This document shows positions 24,011 to 36,228 of a DNA stretch of 64,000 nucleotides, piece after piece. Origin of the DNA: Octopus bimaculoides. Taxonomy: Eukaryota. The stretch's first letter is position 1; every line of letters starts with the position of its first letter. The stretch is from the NCBI RefSeq assembly GCF_001194135.2, contig NC_068985.1, positions 29,462,864-29,526,863 on the forward strand, written 5' to 3'. The notes below the pieces were generated by a model, which did no database searches, had not been told where the DNA came from, and saw nothing but the letters and a program-made list of their open reading frames with translations. A program made the translations under genes and the position numbers.

Positions 24011-25109
24011 TAGGGTGGTGTGATGCTTTCTGTGCAATAGGTCTACAACTGTTTTACTTACAGCTCACAGCTTCAGGTTAGCTTAAGTGGTGAACCAGGA
24101 AGCAGCCAAGTATGAGAGTCTTCACTACCAACATACAGCTCTCTTTTACCAAGACTCCTACCAAGCCTCTCTGCAGCTGTGTGGTAACTAAGTGCTTTGC
24201 AGTACCATGTTAAATTGACAAGGATTTCAGAGCAACAGTGAGCCCCAGAAATACACTGTACAGGCCCACCTTGGTGGATGTGTTCTATTACTTATCAAAC
24301 ACTGTCTTGCTGCCTTGCGAGTGAAGCCATGAAGTGCAGGAAGATACTATAGTCTAAGAGAAACACAAGATGTGGTTGTCAGTTTTTCTGACAGAGTAGA
24401 TTTCAGACAACCTCCTGCAACTGGTAAGAGGTCTTAAATCTACCCTTACCACAACAATCTCTTTTTTTGCAGTGAAGAAAGTTACACAAGGAAATATACA
24501 ACCCCCTATACCAGGTGTCTTACATAGGTGTTTTTGTCTTCTGCAATGTAGATACAACATCATGGATCCCTAAACAGTCTGACAGTGATGGAAATCACTG
24601 TCAGACTGATCACAACAACAGAAGCAAGCCTGAATGTGTAGGGTGCTTCTAGTTAGAACATAACATATCAACAACATAATGACAGCTTTCCCGAGTATCT
24701 CTCTCAAAATGTGACTTAGCATTCCTATTTAGGGAGTGTATTACTCACCCCAGCCAAGGAAGGGCCAAGAAAGAGTGGCCTAGAAATTGCTCACTCAACT
24801 CTGTTCCTGGACAGGAAGGAAACAGTGCATCTCAGTACATTCCACATAGTAGTAAAAAAAAGACTGCACAAAAAATACCACTCTGAGATGGCATAGGCCA
24901 TGTAGCGCATATTTTTAACTTGTGTCCTCTTTGATGGAGTCTTTATGACCAGTTACTCCATGGCCAATGCCTCATTTAAGGATCAAAAAAGCAATTCAAA
25001 AACCCAGTTGATGACCATTCTGGAAAGGAGCAACATAGCACTACAAACCAACAAATTACTTGCCAATTCCATAGTATTGTCTCTGCACACAGCTGAATTA
25101 AATCATAAA

Positions 25110-25325
25110 CTATCAAAACTACTAATGAAGTCTGTGCATGGTTGCTAAACTGTAAGAAATAGTGGTCAAATCTTCCTCAAATCCCACTTTACAGTTTAAA
25201 AAAAACAAAGAAGCACATTGGTAATGTAGTTCTAGGCAGAGAACTAGGTAAAAATCAGGACAGTCACAAAAACATTACTTAAAATCATAGTGTTAAATCT
25301 GACTGATCAGGGCTGACCTGGTTTG
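25110..25325 (+). repeat. Dispersed repeat family D
   Basis: ctaaactgtaagaaatagtggtcaaatcttcctcaaatc...cacattggtaatgtagttctag...gatcagggctgacctgg, homologous to 50610, 58795, 60640, 60880, 61430 and 63745. Confidence 0.7.
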
Positions 25326-27693
25326 AAGAAAAATCCTGTAATTATATACTTAGAGCTAGGTGAACTCAAACATTAAGAGTTAAGTGTCTTGGCTACAGAT
25401 ATAACACAATGCTACTTAAAAGTATGAACTGTCAACTAAGGCTGATTGTCTACTGCTCAAATTTGCCACCTGTTTCCATTTAGTCTTTCAAGACAGGAAT
25501 CCAATGTCAAGGTTAAAAATGTATTTTATTACATTTCAGGTTAAAATTGTAATAATCATGATTATACATTTTTTTTTCTAAATTCAACACTTCTGTATGA
25601 ATTACCATCAATATAAAAGCAAACATTGTAATAATGAAAGTTATGCAAGTCATCTATATACATCTATATCTATATGGTTAAACAAAAAATATTTTAAATT
25701 TGGTAGGTCATATGGAAACAGCTGAGAGAGTGCATTAGTTACACTAAAAATAGACTCAGGAGTGATCAATAATGGAAATGGCCATATACAAAATATAATG
25801 GATAAAATAGCATTACAATTGTGAGTGTATTCTGCTATATACATTATAAAGATATGCACGTTACAATATTAGCTTAAAATAGAAAAAAGACCAAATACAA
25901 AAATCTAACGAAAGAGAGTTAAAGATGGAAGAAAAAAAACAAAAGCTGTTCTGAATAGCTGACAACCGACATTAATATGAAAAATAAATTCAAAACCTGC
26001 AAAACTACTGTTAACTATCTGAAGACAGCTAAGCCCATCAAGATATGACCTAAGCACTAATACCACAATATCCGGAACAACCACACTTTAGAATCATATA
26101 ACAAAATGCAAAATGTACAGTATAATGATAATTTGTTTGCTGGAGCTATAGCTTCCTTCTAAACATTAAATTATTAACATATTTGAATTAGATGTACTTA
26201 AACAGAGCTGACTGGAGATACTAAGCAACAACTGCCACTATCATCTTTTTGATGATATGATGATAATGACAGTTGAGGGATATAAGTGTACAAGTATTTT
26301 ATAATACACTTTGATTAGATGTGTCATGTTTTCATTAAAAGTAAAATGAAAACAGATTACTTGTGATATATTCAACTGAGTACCTTTCTCAAATAATGAT
26401 CTACAAAAATATGATAAAATTACTTTCTGCATTTCTTTTTAAAAACACTGAATTTTTTGCGTGTTAACTCAGCAAATATAAAGATAGGTATCTCACAATG
26501 TTAAAATATTAAATAGTTCAGTACATTAAAAATTAAATTTCACATCAGCATTTTTGTGTAAGTATGCATATATATATATATATATATATATATTCTACAC
26601 ACACACACACATACATACATATACAAAAATTGTGTGGATGCATATAAAATCTGATATGTAAATATATATGCCTAAAAGTTTACATATGTACATAAAATAT
26701 TTCATAAGATTTTATACACACACACAGTTTATATGGATGTATGTAGGTGAAAGCAATGGCTTGCAGTAATGGATCTAAGTTGCATTCTGTAGCATCTACT
26801 TCTTCAGACAGATCAGAAGTAACTTTACATTATAAGAATATGCTCATGCCTGAAGATGTTTTATTGTTAATTGTTTGGAGAGGTATTTTGAATACAATAT
26901 ATTTTCAAAGAAACCTTTACAAATCAATTTGTTCTCAATGAATATATTTCTAAGTACCATTCAAGAACAAATCACTTCCTTGAACATACTGCTAGAGCTA
27001 AATTTTATGCTTTATACATCAGCAAAAGAAACCAACTTGAGTTTGTTTTTTTTTTGTCTTTTTTTAAATTTATATTCAGGAATTTTATTTCTTCAGTATA
27101 AGTAGTATATAACTAAAAATATGCTAATAAAGTAGTAGAAATGATTGAGCACTCAACAAAATGTCTTGCAGTATTTAGGTGTATGTCTTTATATTCTGAC
27201 TTCAATTCCCAATAGAGTTACTTAGCTTTACCTTTTCTCTCCATGATCAATGACAGGTATATATGAAAGGATTCAATTGACAGTATCCATTCTTTGCACG
27301 TTTGCAGCCTTGTTCAAATACATGAAATCAATATTACAGAGAGTATTAAACTAATACCAAATCCTTTAAATAAATAAAATAGTTTTGCACAGTAAAACAG
27401 CCGACAGATGAAGTTTAGCAATATAACATATGAATATAAACTTTCAGTTCCTTAACTGTGTTAAATATAGTGGCCCACATCAATCAATAGAATACCTGCA
27501 TGACATTTGGGCCACTGTTCAAAAAGAGAAATGTAATTTATGGATGGGAACAACAAAAAGGAACTAGAACTGATGTTAACAACTGATGGTAACAACAAAA
27601 ATGAAACCATGTTCACTTTTTTGAACCCCAGAAAATCTTTCATTTTAGATAAAAGTTCTAGATAAAATTTTGCATCAAGATATGCATATACCT

Positions 27694-27892
27694 GCTTCTT
27701 AACCACAAGGTTCTGGGTTCAGTCCCAATGTGTGGCACCTTGAGCAAATATCTTCTTCTATAGCCTCAGGCCAACCAAAGCCTTGTGAGTGGATTTGGTA
27801 GACAGAAATTGAAAGAAGCCTTGTCATATGTATATACACACTCATATGTATGTATGTATATATATATGTATTTATATGTGTGTATCTATGTA

Positions 27893-27947
<55 letters not shown>

Positions 27948-28170
27948 ATGTTTGTGTGTCTTTATGTCTGTGTTTGTCCCCCCATCACCACTTGACAACC
28001 GATGCTGGCATGTTTACATCCCCATAATTTAATTGTTTGGCAAAAGATCAATAGAATAAGTACTAGGCTTTAAAAAAAATAAGTCCTGGGGTCGATTTGT
28101 TTGACTAAAACCCCTTCAAGGCGGTGCTCCAGCATGACCGCAGTCAAATTACTGAAACAAATAAAAGAAT
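27694..28170 (+). mobile_element. SINE family A with long internal (TA)n
   Basis: Full body and tail; head slightly truncated. Confidence 0.9.
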
Positions 28171-28624
28171 ACTCAAGTATTAAAATTACATGTTTATATA
28201 CCACTTGAACAATAACTTCTTAATGAAATATGGAATATCATGTTATATGATTCCTAAATCTGATAAAATTCTACCTTACAACAGGGGTCTATCTATGAAA
28301 ATACAAAGATTTTATGGAAAATATAACAGCAAGACGTTACTCAAAAGTATAATTACACCCCACAAATACCTCACCAGATTAGACCCTACTTAAACCATGA
28401 ATAAAGAGTTGCTATTATAACATAAATATGTTTATGGAAGAGATGAAAAAGGAAAATAGCTTTATGCTATTCAAGCTGAGAATAGAAAGTTATTAGAAAG
28501 ATATGCTCATAAGAATGTATTAGGTATGAGGAAGATTGTTCCATTCTGCTGAATCAGCAGGAATATTTTTGTTTTTCTTCAGGAGGTAGTGCCCATAACT
28601 TTTTTGGGAGCTTCTGAAATTGGC

Positions 28625-28870
28625 AGCAGCAGCGACGACAATAACAACAACAATAAATAATAAATGCCCTGATGCAGTACCAGACAGTAGCTCTCATGGC
28701 TTCTGATCTTAACTAACTGGAAGTGTTATTATGTACATTGTTTTGTCTTGGTATAAAAGATGGTTACAACAAATATTCTGCTCAATACCACAGATCTGCT
28801 TGTCAATTGTTTGACCTTAACCAGTTGAGCATGTCCTTTGATGGCTGATGATATGTGCATCTCTGAGCAT
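28625..28870 (-). repeat. Dispersed repeat family E with simple-repeat (TTG/TTA) tail on the minus strand; possible LINE 3' UTR
   Basis: tattctgctcaataccacagat...gaccttaaccagttgagcatgtcc is shared with 34310-34470. Orientation inferred from the tail. Confidence 0.6.
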
Positions 28871-28878
28871 CCGACCCC

Positions 28879-28931
<53 letters not shown>

Positions 28932-28936
<5 letters not shown>

Positions 28937-29263
28937 CACGTGTATAAGAGATGACCACTAGGTGGACATCCAATATGTTAGAAAGTGGTCATCAATGACC
29001 CAACTGCTCAGAGAGCGTTGCCACTAGAATAAGAATAGCCTGGGCAAAGTTCAGAAAGCTCCTGCCTCTACTGGTGACAAAGGGTCTCTCGCTCATTGTG
29101 AAAGGTAGATTGTACGATGCATGTGTACGAATTGCCATGCTTCACAGCAGTGAAACATGGGCCGTGACTGCTGAAGACATGCATAGGCTCAAAAGAAATG
29201 AAGCTAGTATGATCCAGCATATTGGATGTCCACCTAGTGGTAATCTTTTATACACGTGTAATA
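28932..29263. mobile_element. TIR-bounded composite: 46-bp inverted repeats enclosing an RTE fragment
   Basis: Left 28932-28977 tattacacgtgtataagagatgaccactaggtggacatccaatatg; right 29218-29263 is its reverse complement at 44/46. Confidence 0.8.
29001..29217 (+). mobile_element. RTE LINE reverse-transcriptase C-terminal fragment, uninterrupted frame
   Basis: CSESVATRIRIAWAKFRKLLPLLVTKGLSLIVKGRLYDACVRIAMLHSSETWAVTAEDMHRLKRNEASM is the typical RTE post-RT region. Confidence 0.9.
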
Positions 29264-29439
29264 CAATTTTTTCTGAATTTTCAGATTTTTTTATATGCTA
29301 GGCACTTGGTTTTAAATTGAATTAATATTCAATTTATCACCCTATCTATATAAATAATATATATATATAGCATCATCATCAGCATTGTTTTTGTTGTTAT
29401 CATCATCATTTAACATCCATTTTCCATGCTGGCATGTAT

Positions 29440-29670
29440 GTGTGTATTATTGTCTCCTTGCCTTGAGATCACATGATAGTAGTAAACAGATGCCAACAAC
29501 ATGCAAATGACGACCTTCATTTCCATTCTTCTATGAAAACTTATTTGGTCAAGGGGAATATTAACTTACTAGGAAAAAGGTGAGGGTTGGTAAAGGAAGG
29601 GCATTGAGCTGTAGAAAATCTACCTTGACAAATTCTGTTTGACCCATGCAAGCAAAGCATGAAAAATAAT
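29440..29670 (+). mobile_element. SINE A2 3' part (alternative body ending in a family-C-like ggaagggcat tail)
   Basis: Similar to 57310-57450 (+) and 44570-44710 (-). Confidence 0.55.
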
Positions 29671-29983
29671 GGTGATGTTGATATATACTGCTCTAAGTTC
29701 CATTATGAAAAGGATTCATTTCACAAGGTGTTACATTTAACCTGTTAACACAGTAATTATATCACCGGTATGCAAAGAGCTGTTTCTATTTGTCAACTCT
29801 TGAACAAAGATATTTTTTGTAATTCCTTCATGTTTTCAAGATTTTTATCAGAAACTGACAAAGAACTTCCTCTAAAAGATTTTAATGATAAGATTCTTAG
29901 AACAGATTAATCTACTAAATCCTAGTATTGCTGCTACTTACTGACTCCCAAAATCTAAAAACTTAAAAACCACCACAACTCAG

Positions 29984-30015
<32 letters not shown>

Positions 30016-30559
30016 CATCATCATCATCAATTTTGTTGTATGAACACTATTGATTTTAATAAGTGCAAAAGTAATAAATATAAAATAAAACCACATCTTG
30101 GTACAGAATTCTGTAGTAGGAGATGAAACATTATCATAAAGAAATGCTATAAATCATAGTTTTTGGTGTTGTTCATGATGTTTCTAGGTGCTCAAGTATA
30201 TCTTATGTTTTTGACAAATTTGATTTAACTCCATGCTGACAAAAGATCAATATGGTAATTTCTTTTTTCACTTGGTAAGGAGAAGGCATTCTTTGATATG
30301 TGTTATCTACCATCTGTCACCTGGAATACTAAATATCTAAATGTATTCAGCGTAATAAAAATTTTGTTCCCATGCCAAACTTGGTGCATTCACTGGTTAT
30401 AAATCCTGATATTGATATATACTAAAAGTACCCAATCGACAACATCTTTTTCTTCCTCTATTTTTTTTTTTTTTATCATTGAAAATGATCTGCAGATAAC
30501 GCTCTAAAAGTGCTCAGCTCAACAATTCAGAATGTAATGTCAGCATTTAATAAAAATGA

Positions 30560-30810
30560 TTAGGAAGGGCATCCAGCTGTAGAAACTCTGCCAAATCAGA
30601 TTGGAGCCTGGTGTAGCCATCTGGTTTGCCAGTCCTCAGTCAAATCGTCCAACCCATGCTAGCATGGAAAGCAGACGTTAAACGATGATGATGGTAATGA
30701 TGAGCAATATATATAATGTGAGAATAAAGAGCAATGGTTCACCAGTCCTCAGTCAAATCGTCCAACCCATGCTAGCATGGAAAGCGGATGTTAAACGATG
30801 ATGATGATGA
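30560..30810 (+). mobile_element. SINE family C 3' end, with the tail segment duplicated
   Basis: ccagtcctcagtcaaatcgtccaacccatgctagcatggaaagc.ga.gttaaacgatgatgatg occurs at ~30629-30695 and ~30742-30810. Confidence 0.85.
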
Positions 30811-30978
30811 TCTCAAAGGCTGATCAACATACAGTTACTTCAAAACATAAAAATGTTTGTAATATTAGATACATATTCTTGAGCTTTTTGTTAAACCACT
30901 CATCCCACATTTTCCGTAGTTTTGTAGGATAGATAATTTGTTTTGTTGTTAAGTTACTCATGTTTGTTGACTAAGTTC

Positions 30979-31362
30979 ATGAAAGGTGGGCAACAATGGT
31001 TGCTCACCAAAAGTTGTGGGCGAGGAGGAGGACCTTCTGGCTAAGGTGGAAGGGCGTCCTATTCCAGTGGCCTCCAAAAAAAAGAAGAAAAAGAAGAACG
31101 GATCACGGCCTGAGCCCGGTAGTGCACCGCCGGCGTGTCCCGAAGCTCCGTTGGTGGGAATTGTGCCACGAACGGAGGAAGGCCTGTCGGTGGGAATTGT
31201 GCCGTCGACAGTAGAAACTGAAGGCTCAACCTATGAGGAGGAGGAATTTGTAGTCCTCTTCCACAAGGGAGGGTCCGTTGAAAATGTTGTAAAAAAGTTT
31301 GCCAGGAAGGGTCGGACGAGAGGGATCCTAACCTGTACCAAGGACCCTAGGTGGCCTCCACA
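30979..31362 (+). mobile_element. CpG-rich coding-like insertion; possible retroelement ORF1 N-terminus, cut by a gap
   Basis: Frame open 30983-31362 (poly-K, Pro-rich and acidic blocks, VGIVP twice); the nearest ATG at 30979 is out of frame by 1 nt; composition differs sharply from the flanks. Family not recognised. Confidence 0.4.
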
Positions 31363-32241
31363 NNNNNNNNNNNNNNNNNNNNNNNNNNNNNNNNNNNNNN
31401 NNNNNNNNNNNNNNNNNNNNNNNNNNNNNNNNNNNNNNNNNNNNNNNNNNNNNNNNNNNNNNNNNNNNNNNNNNNNNNNNNNNNNNNNNNNNNNNNNNNN
31501 NNNNNNNNNNNNNNNNNNNNNNNNNNNNNNNNNNNNNNNNNNNNNNNNNNNNNNNNNNNNNNNNNNNNNNNNNNNNNNNNNNNNNNNNNNNNNNNNNNNN
31601 NNNNNNNNNNNNNNNNNNNNNNNNNNNNNNNNNNNNNNNNNNNNNNNNNNNNNNNNNNNNNNNNNNNNNNNNNNNNNNNNNNNNNNNNNNNNNNNNNNNN
31701 NNNNNNNNNNNNNNNNNNNNNNNNNNNNNNNNNNNNNNNNNNNNNNNNNNNNNNNNNNNNNNNNNNNNNNNNNNNNNNNNNNNNNNNNNNNNNNNNNNNN
31801 NNNNNNNNNNNNNNNNNNNNNNNNNNNNNNNNNNNNNNNNNNNNNNNNNNNNNNNNNNNNNNNNNNNNNNNNNNNNNNNNNNNNNNNNNNNNNNNNNNNN
31901 NNNNNNNNNNNNNNNNNNNNNNNNNNNNNNNNNNNNNNNNNNNNNNNNNNNNNNNNNNNNNNNNNNNNNNNNNNNNNNNNNNNNNNNNNNNNNNNNNNNN
32001 NNNNNNNNNNNNNNNNNNNNNNNNNNNNNNNNNNNNNNNNNNNNNNNNNNNNNNNNNNNNNNNNNNNNNNNNNNNNNNNNNNNNNNNNNNNNNNNNNNNN
32101 NNNNNNNNNNNNNNNNNNNNNNNNNNNNNNNNNNNNNNNNNNNNNNNNNNNNNNNNNNNNNNNNNNNNNNNNNNNNNNNNNNNNNNNNNNNNNNNNNNNN
32201 NNNNNNNNNNNNNNNNNNNNNNNNNNNNNNNNNNNNNNNNN
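31363..32241. other. Assembly gap (879 N)
   Basis: N run. Confidence 1.
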
Positions 32242-32462
32242 GTGTGTGTTTGTGTGTCTGTGTTTGTCCCCCCAGCATCGTTTGACAACCGATGCTGGTA
32301 TATTTACCGATGCTGGTAACTTAGCAGTTCGGCAAAAGAGGCCGATAGAATAAGTACTAGGCTTACAAAGAATGATAAGTCCTGGGGTCGATTTGCTCAA
32401 CTAAAAGTGGTGCTCCAGCATGGCCACAGTCAAATGATTGAAACAAGTAAAAGAGTAAAAGA
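32242..32462 (+). mobile_element. SINE family A 3' half, starting at its internal microsatellite
   Basis: gtgtctgtgtttgtccccccagcatcgtttgacaaccgatgctgg...gaaacaagtaaaagagtaaaaga. Confidence 0.9.
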
Positions 32463-32714
32463 ATAGTAATAATAATGATTTCTAACTTTATCACAATCAA
32501 AAATTGGTAAAAACTTGGTTAAAACTTCAATGTATTACAAGCAATTATTTTATTGATTCCAAAGTGACTAAAGCAAAGTTGATAACTTTACAATTTGAAT
32601 TTTGAGAGGCAAAAACTAATCATTGAAAGGTTATTTAACCCAAACTATTTCTGCCATTTAAACACTATCCTATACAGATAAAAATACTAATAATCAATTT
32701 CTATATAGGCATAA

Positions 32715-32900
32715 ATCTACAAATTTTGGAAGAGAGTAAAATCAAAACCATTGCCTCCAGTACTTGACTGGATATATTTTATATCCATATACAAAGGAAC
32801 AAAAGCAAGGTTTACTACAGCAGAATCTGAACTCAAAACATAAAGGGATACTGACAAATAGTGCAAAGCATACAATCCAATGCTCTACCAATTTTAACAT
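32715..32900 (-). mobile_element. SINE family B, decayed
   Basis: Reverse-strand match to the family B head and body. Confidence 0.6.
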
Positions 32901-32959
32901 GCTACTGCTCTTATATAATAATAATAATAATAATAATAATATTGTAGTTGTTGTTGTTG

Positions 32960-33420
32960 TTAAGGAAGTAACCGGGCAGATTCGTTAGCACACTGGACAA
33001 GATGCTTAGCAGCATTCTAAGTTCAGATTCTGTCAAGACTGATTCTACCATTCATCCTTTCAGGGTTGATAAAATAAAGTACCAATGAAGTGCTGGAGTT
33101 GATGTAACTGACTAGCCCCTTCCCCCAAATTTTCAGGCCTTGTGCCTATAGCAGAAATAATAATTATTAATATTATTTTTATCATTATTAAGGTGGTGTG
33201 CATGCAGAATCATTAGCACGCCAGACAAAAATGTTGAGCAGCATTTCTTCCAGCTCATTAGATTAGGGGTTCAAATTCCACTAAGGTCAACTTTGCCTTT
33301 CATCCTTTTAGGGTTGATGAAATAAGTACCAGTTGAACACTGAGGTCAACATATTTGACTAGTCCCTTCCACCAAAATTTTATGCCTTGAGCCTATAAAA
33401 AAAATAATAAAAAGGATTAT
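32960..33420 (+). mobile_element. Two tandem SINE family B copies (32960-33160, 33190-33420)
   Basis: ggcagattcgttagcacactggacaagatgcttagc...ttcatcctttcagggttgataaaataaagtacc...ggccttgtgcctata, twice. Confidence 0.9.
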
Positions 33421-33697
33421 TACTATTGTTGCTTCCCCTTCCTAACTCCTCTGCCTCCATTACTCCCATCCCAATACTGTTCACTCTGTTTTCTTCCTCT
33501 TTTACCATACTCTTACTATCAGTTCCATCTATCATGAAGCTCTCTTTCATTTAACAAGCTGCAAGGCAATCCAAATAGTGCAGGTGCGACAAAAACTCTG
33601 CAGGTCATTAATAAGACTGCGTAACAAAACATCTTTTCTTTTCTTTTCTTTCTTTTTTGTCATTGGTCAATAAGTGTTATTTCCTATTTGTTACTAT

Positions 33698-33855
33698 AGG
33701 TGCAGGAGTGGCTGTGTGGGAAGAAACTTGCTTCTCAACCACACGGTTCGGGGTTTAGTCCCACTGCGTGGCACCTTGGGCAAGTGTCTTCTATTTTAGT
33801 CTCAGGCTGACCAAAGCCTTCTGAGTGAATTTGGTAGACAGAAACTGAAAGAAGT

Positions 33856-33920
<65 letters not shown>

Positions 33921-34130
33921 GTGTCTGTCTGTTTTTGTCCACCCCACCATCAGTTGACAACGGATGCTGTGTGTTTATGTCCCCATAACTTAGCAGTTCA
34001 GCAAAAGAGACTGATAGGATAAGTACTAGGCTTGTAAAGAATAAGTCCTGGGGTTGATTTGTTCGACTAAAGGCGGTGCTCTAGCATGGCCTCAGTCAAA
34101 TGACTGAAACAAGTAAGAGAATAAAAAAGA
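33698..34130 (+). mobile_element. SINE family A, full length
   Basis: gcaggagtggctgtgtggg head, (TA)n core and standard tail. Confidence 0.92.
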
Positions 34131-34309
34131 ATATATATATTCTTTTAAGTTTTTTTTAATTATCTAGTAATCGAAGGAAATGACTACTATTCCCTTCAAA
34201 CTTTGCTTTTGTACCTTGGACATCAATGTTTTGAAACTGACCTATTTTCCATTACATTTCAAACACATTCAGTGCTGAGTTGCTGAAACAGAAATATCAT
34301 TATAGAAGA

Positions 34310-34470
34310 TATTCTGGTCAATACCACAGATTTGTTTGTCAGTTGCTTGACCTTAACCACTTGAACATGTTCCTTAGTGGCTGATAATATATGCATCTGT
34401 GACCTTGAGCAGGAGTAGTGAGGGAGCATCATACCCATGTGTTGAGAGGGATTCTTTAGGATTTGAATAA
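34310..34470 (-). repeat. Dispersed repeat family E fragment
   Basis: Homologous to 28770-28865. Confidence 0.65.
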
Positions 34471-34859
34471 ATGCAACAAAAGCAAAGTTTGAAGGAAATA
34501 TCAGCCATTTTTTAATACTTTCTAGGGGTATGCAAGTAGGAAATAACAGTTGCTACGAAGGACAAAAATTGTGTGACACAGTGTAAGTGATTCATACAGT
34601 GATAATGTTGGGGTTGAGAGGGTTCTTTAGTCTTGCTTATAGCAAGGCAACTATGATAATGCTGGGGTGATGATGATAATGTACCTGGTACCCTCAGTAA
34701 AGAGATTAATGTTAGGAAGGGTACCCAGCCATAAACAGTATGCCATGAAAGAAACATTCAAATAAAACATGGTCCTTCAACTCGATGAATCCTGTCAAAC
34801 CATCCTATTTACCCCCAACATGGAAAACAGATGTAAAATGATTTGATGATTTTAATTTA

Positions 34860-35040
34860 GGCAGAAGACCAGCAATTGTGATGGGAGATAGTTAGTTAAT
34901 ACCATTCACCCACTATTAGACTGGTACTTTATTTTCTCAACCTCGAAAAGATGAAAGGCAAAGTTGACCATATCAAGGTTTGAACCCACAATACAAAGAG
35001 CTGGGACAAATATTATAACATATATTTTTACCAATGCTTT
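34860..35040 (-). mobile_element. SINE family B, decayed
   Basis: gactggtactttattttctcaacctcgaaaagatgaaaggcaaagttgacc. Confidence 0.7.
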
Positions 35041-35174
35041 CACAATTCTCTCAGGCAAGAATGGAAAATGAATGTTAAAGGATGATGATGATGATGTGCT
35101 GGTACTGGAGTCAATCTAATCAACAAACACCCTCCCCTCAATATTGCTTTCCTTATATTTAAACAAGAAACCAT

Positions 35175-35175
35175 T

Positions 35176-35210
<35 letters not shown>

Positions 35211-35257
35211 TATCAATATCATTATTATTATTATCAATATCATTATTATCATTATTA

Positions 35258-35292
<35 letters not shown>

Positions 35293-35310
35293 GTTATTAT
35301 TATTATTAAC
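35175..35310. repeat. (CAT)n grading into (ATT)n microsatellite
   Basis: Direct inspection; source of the poly-I/M/S/L ORFs. Confidence 0.95.
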
Positions 35311-35882
35311 ATTAACATCTTATAAATATTTCAGATCTTCAGCAGATAAAGTTCTATAACATAATGTCATGGCAATGCTGTGAAACTTTAACCTATATGT
35401 GAATGGTAAACCAGAATGTGGAAAGCACAGAGAATTTTGCTTTTATTAAAACACAGTAATAATATATACATATATATATATGCAGACTAATTTTATATCT
35501 TTGAAATTATAAAAATCAAAATTAATTAAAAGATGTAGAAGACCTACATAAATATACAGAGAGATAATGGAACACGAACAAAAACAGATTAGAATTGTTG
35601 TGTTTGTTATTTTTTGTTTGGGATTTTTTTTTTTTTTTGTGGTGGGGGTTTATTTTTTAATATACTGATGTGATAAATAATGCATATATTTATTTTATAA
35701 CTTTGAAATTCTCAGAACAAAATAGTTGAAGGTGCAGGGAAAGTAAACAAAGCAGAAACATGGATAATTATTTGTTATATTATTTTGAAGAAATGCAATT
35801 CATTGTCAGAGTGTAATTTATATGAAAATACTTGACAGTTTTCTGGTGAAACTAATGCCAACATATGTCAAAAACAAAAAGG

Positions 35883-36093
35883 NNNNNNNNNNNNNNNNNN
35901 NNNNNNNNNNNNNNNNNNNNNNNNNNNNNNNNNNNNNNNNNNNNNNNNNNNNNNNNNNNNNNNNNNNNNNNNNNNNNNNNNNNNNNNNNNNNNNNNNNNN
36001 NNNNNNNNNNNNNNNNNNNNNNNNNNNNNNNNNNNNNNNNNNNNNNNNNNNNNNNNNNNNNNNNNNNNNNNNNNNNNNNNNNNNNNNNNNNNN
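35883..36093. other. Assembly gap
   Basis: N run. Confidence 1.
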
Positions 36094-36228
36094 TATATAT
36101 ATACGTACACACATATATATACATACATGTCATTCAGAAAATAATGTCCGATTTTAGAATAAACATTTATTCCTGAATTAATGAATTTGAACAGTGTTTT
36201 AACAAGTCAAAATATGATCCATGAACAC

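Noticed and set aside
28583-28585. Plus-strand 3-nt microexon-like GAG after tttttgtttttcttcag
   Set aside because: Weak donor (gtagtg) and opposite strand to the better-supported exon.
30986-32400. The 300-455-aa ORFs in the ORF track
   Set aside because: Their length comes from 879 Ns; only 30983-31362 is real sequence and is treated separately.
35040-35359. Poly-Ile/Met and poly-Ser/Leu ORFs
   Set aside because: Translations of (CAT)n/(ATT)n microsatellites.
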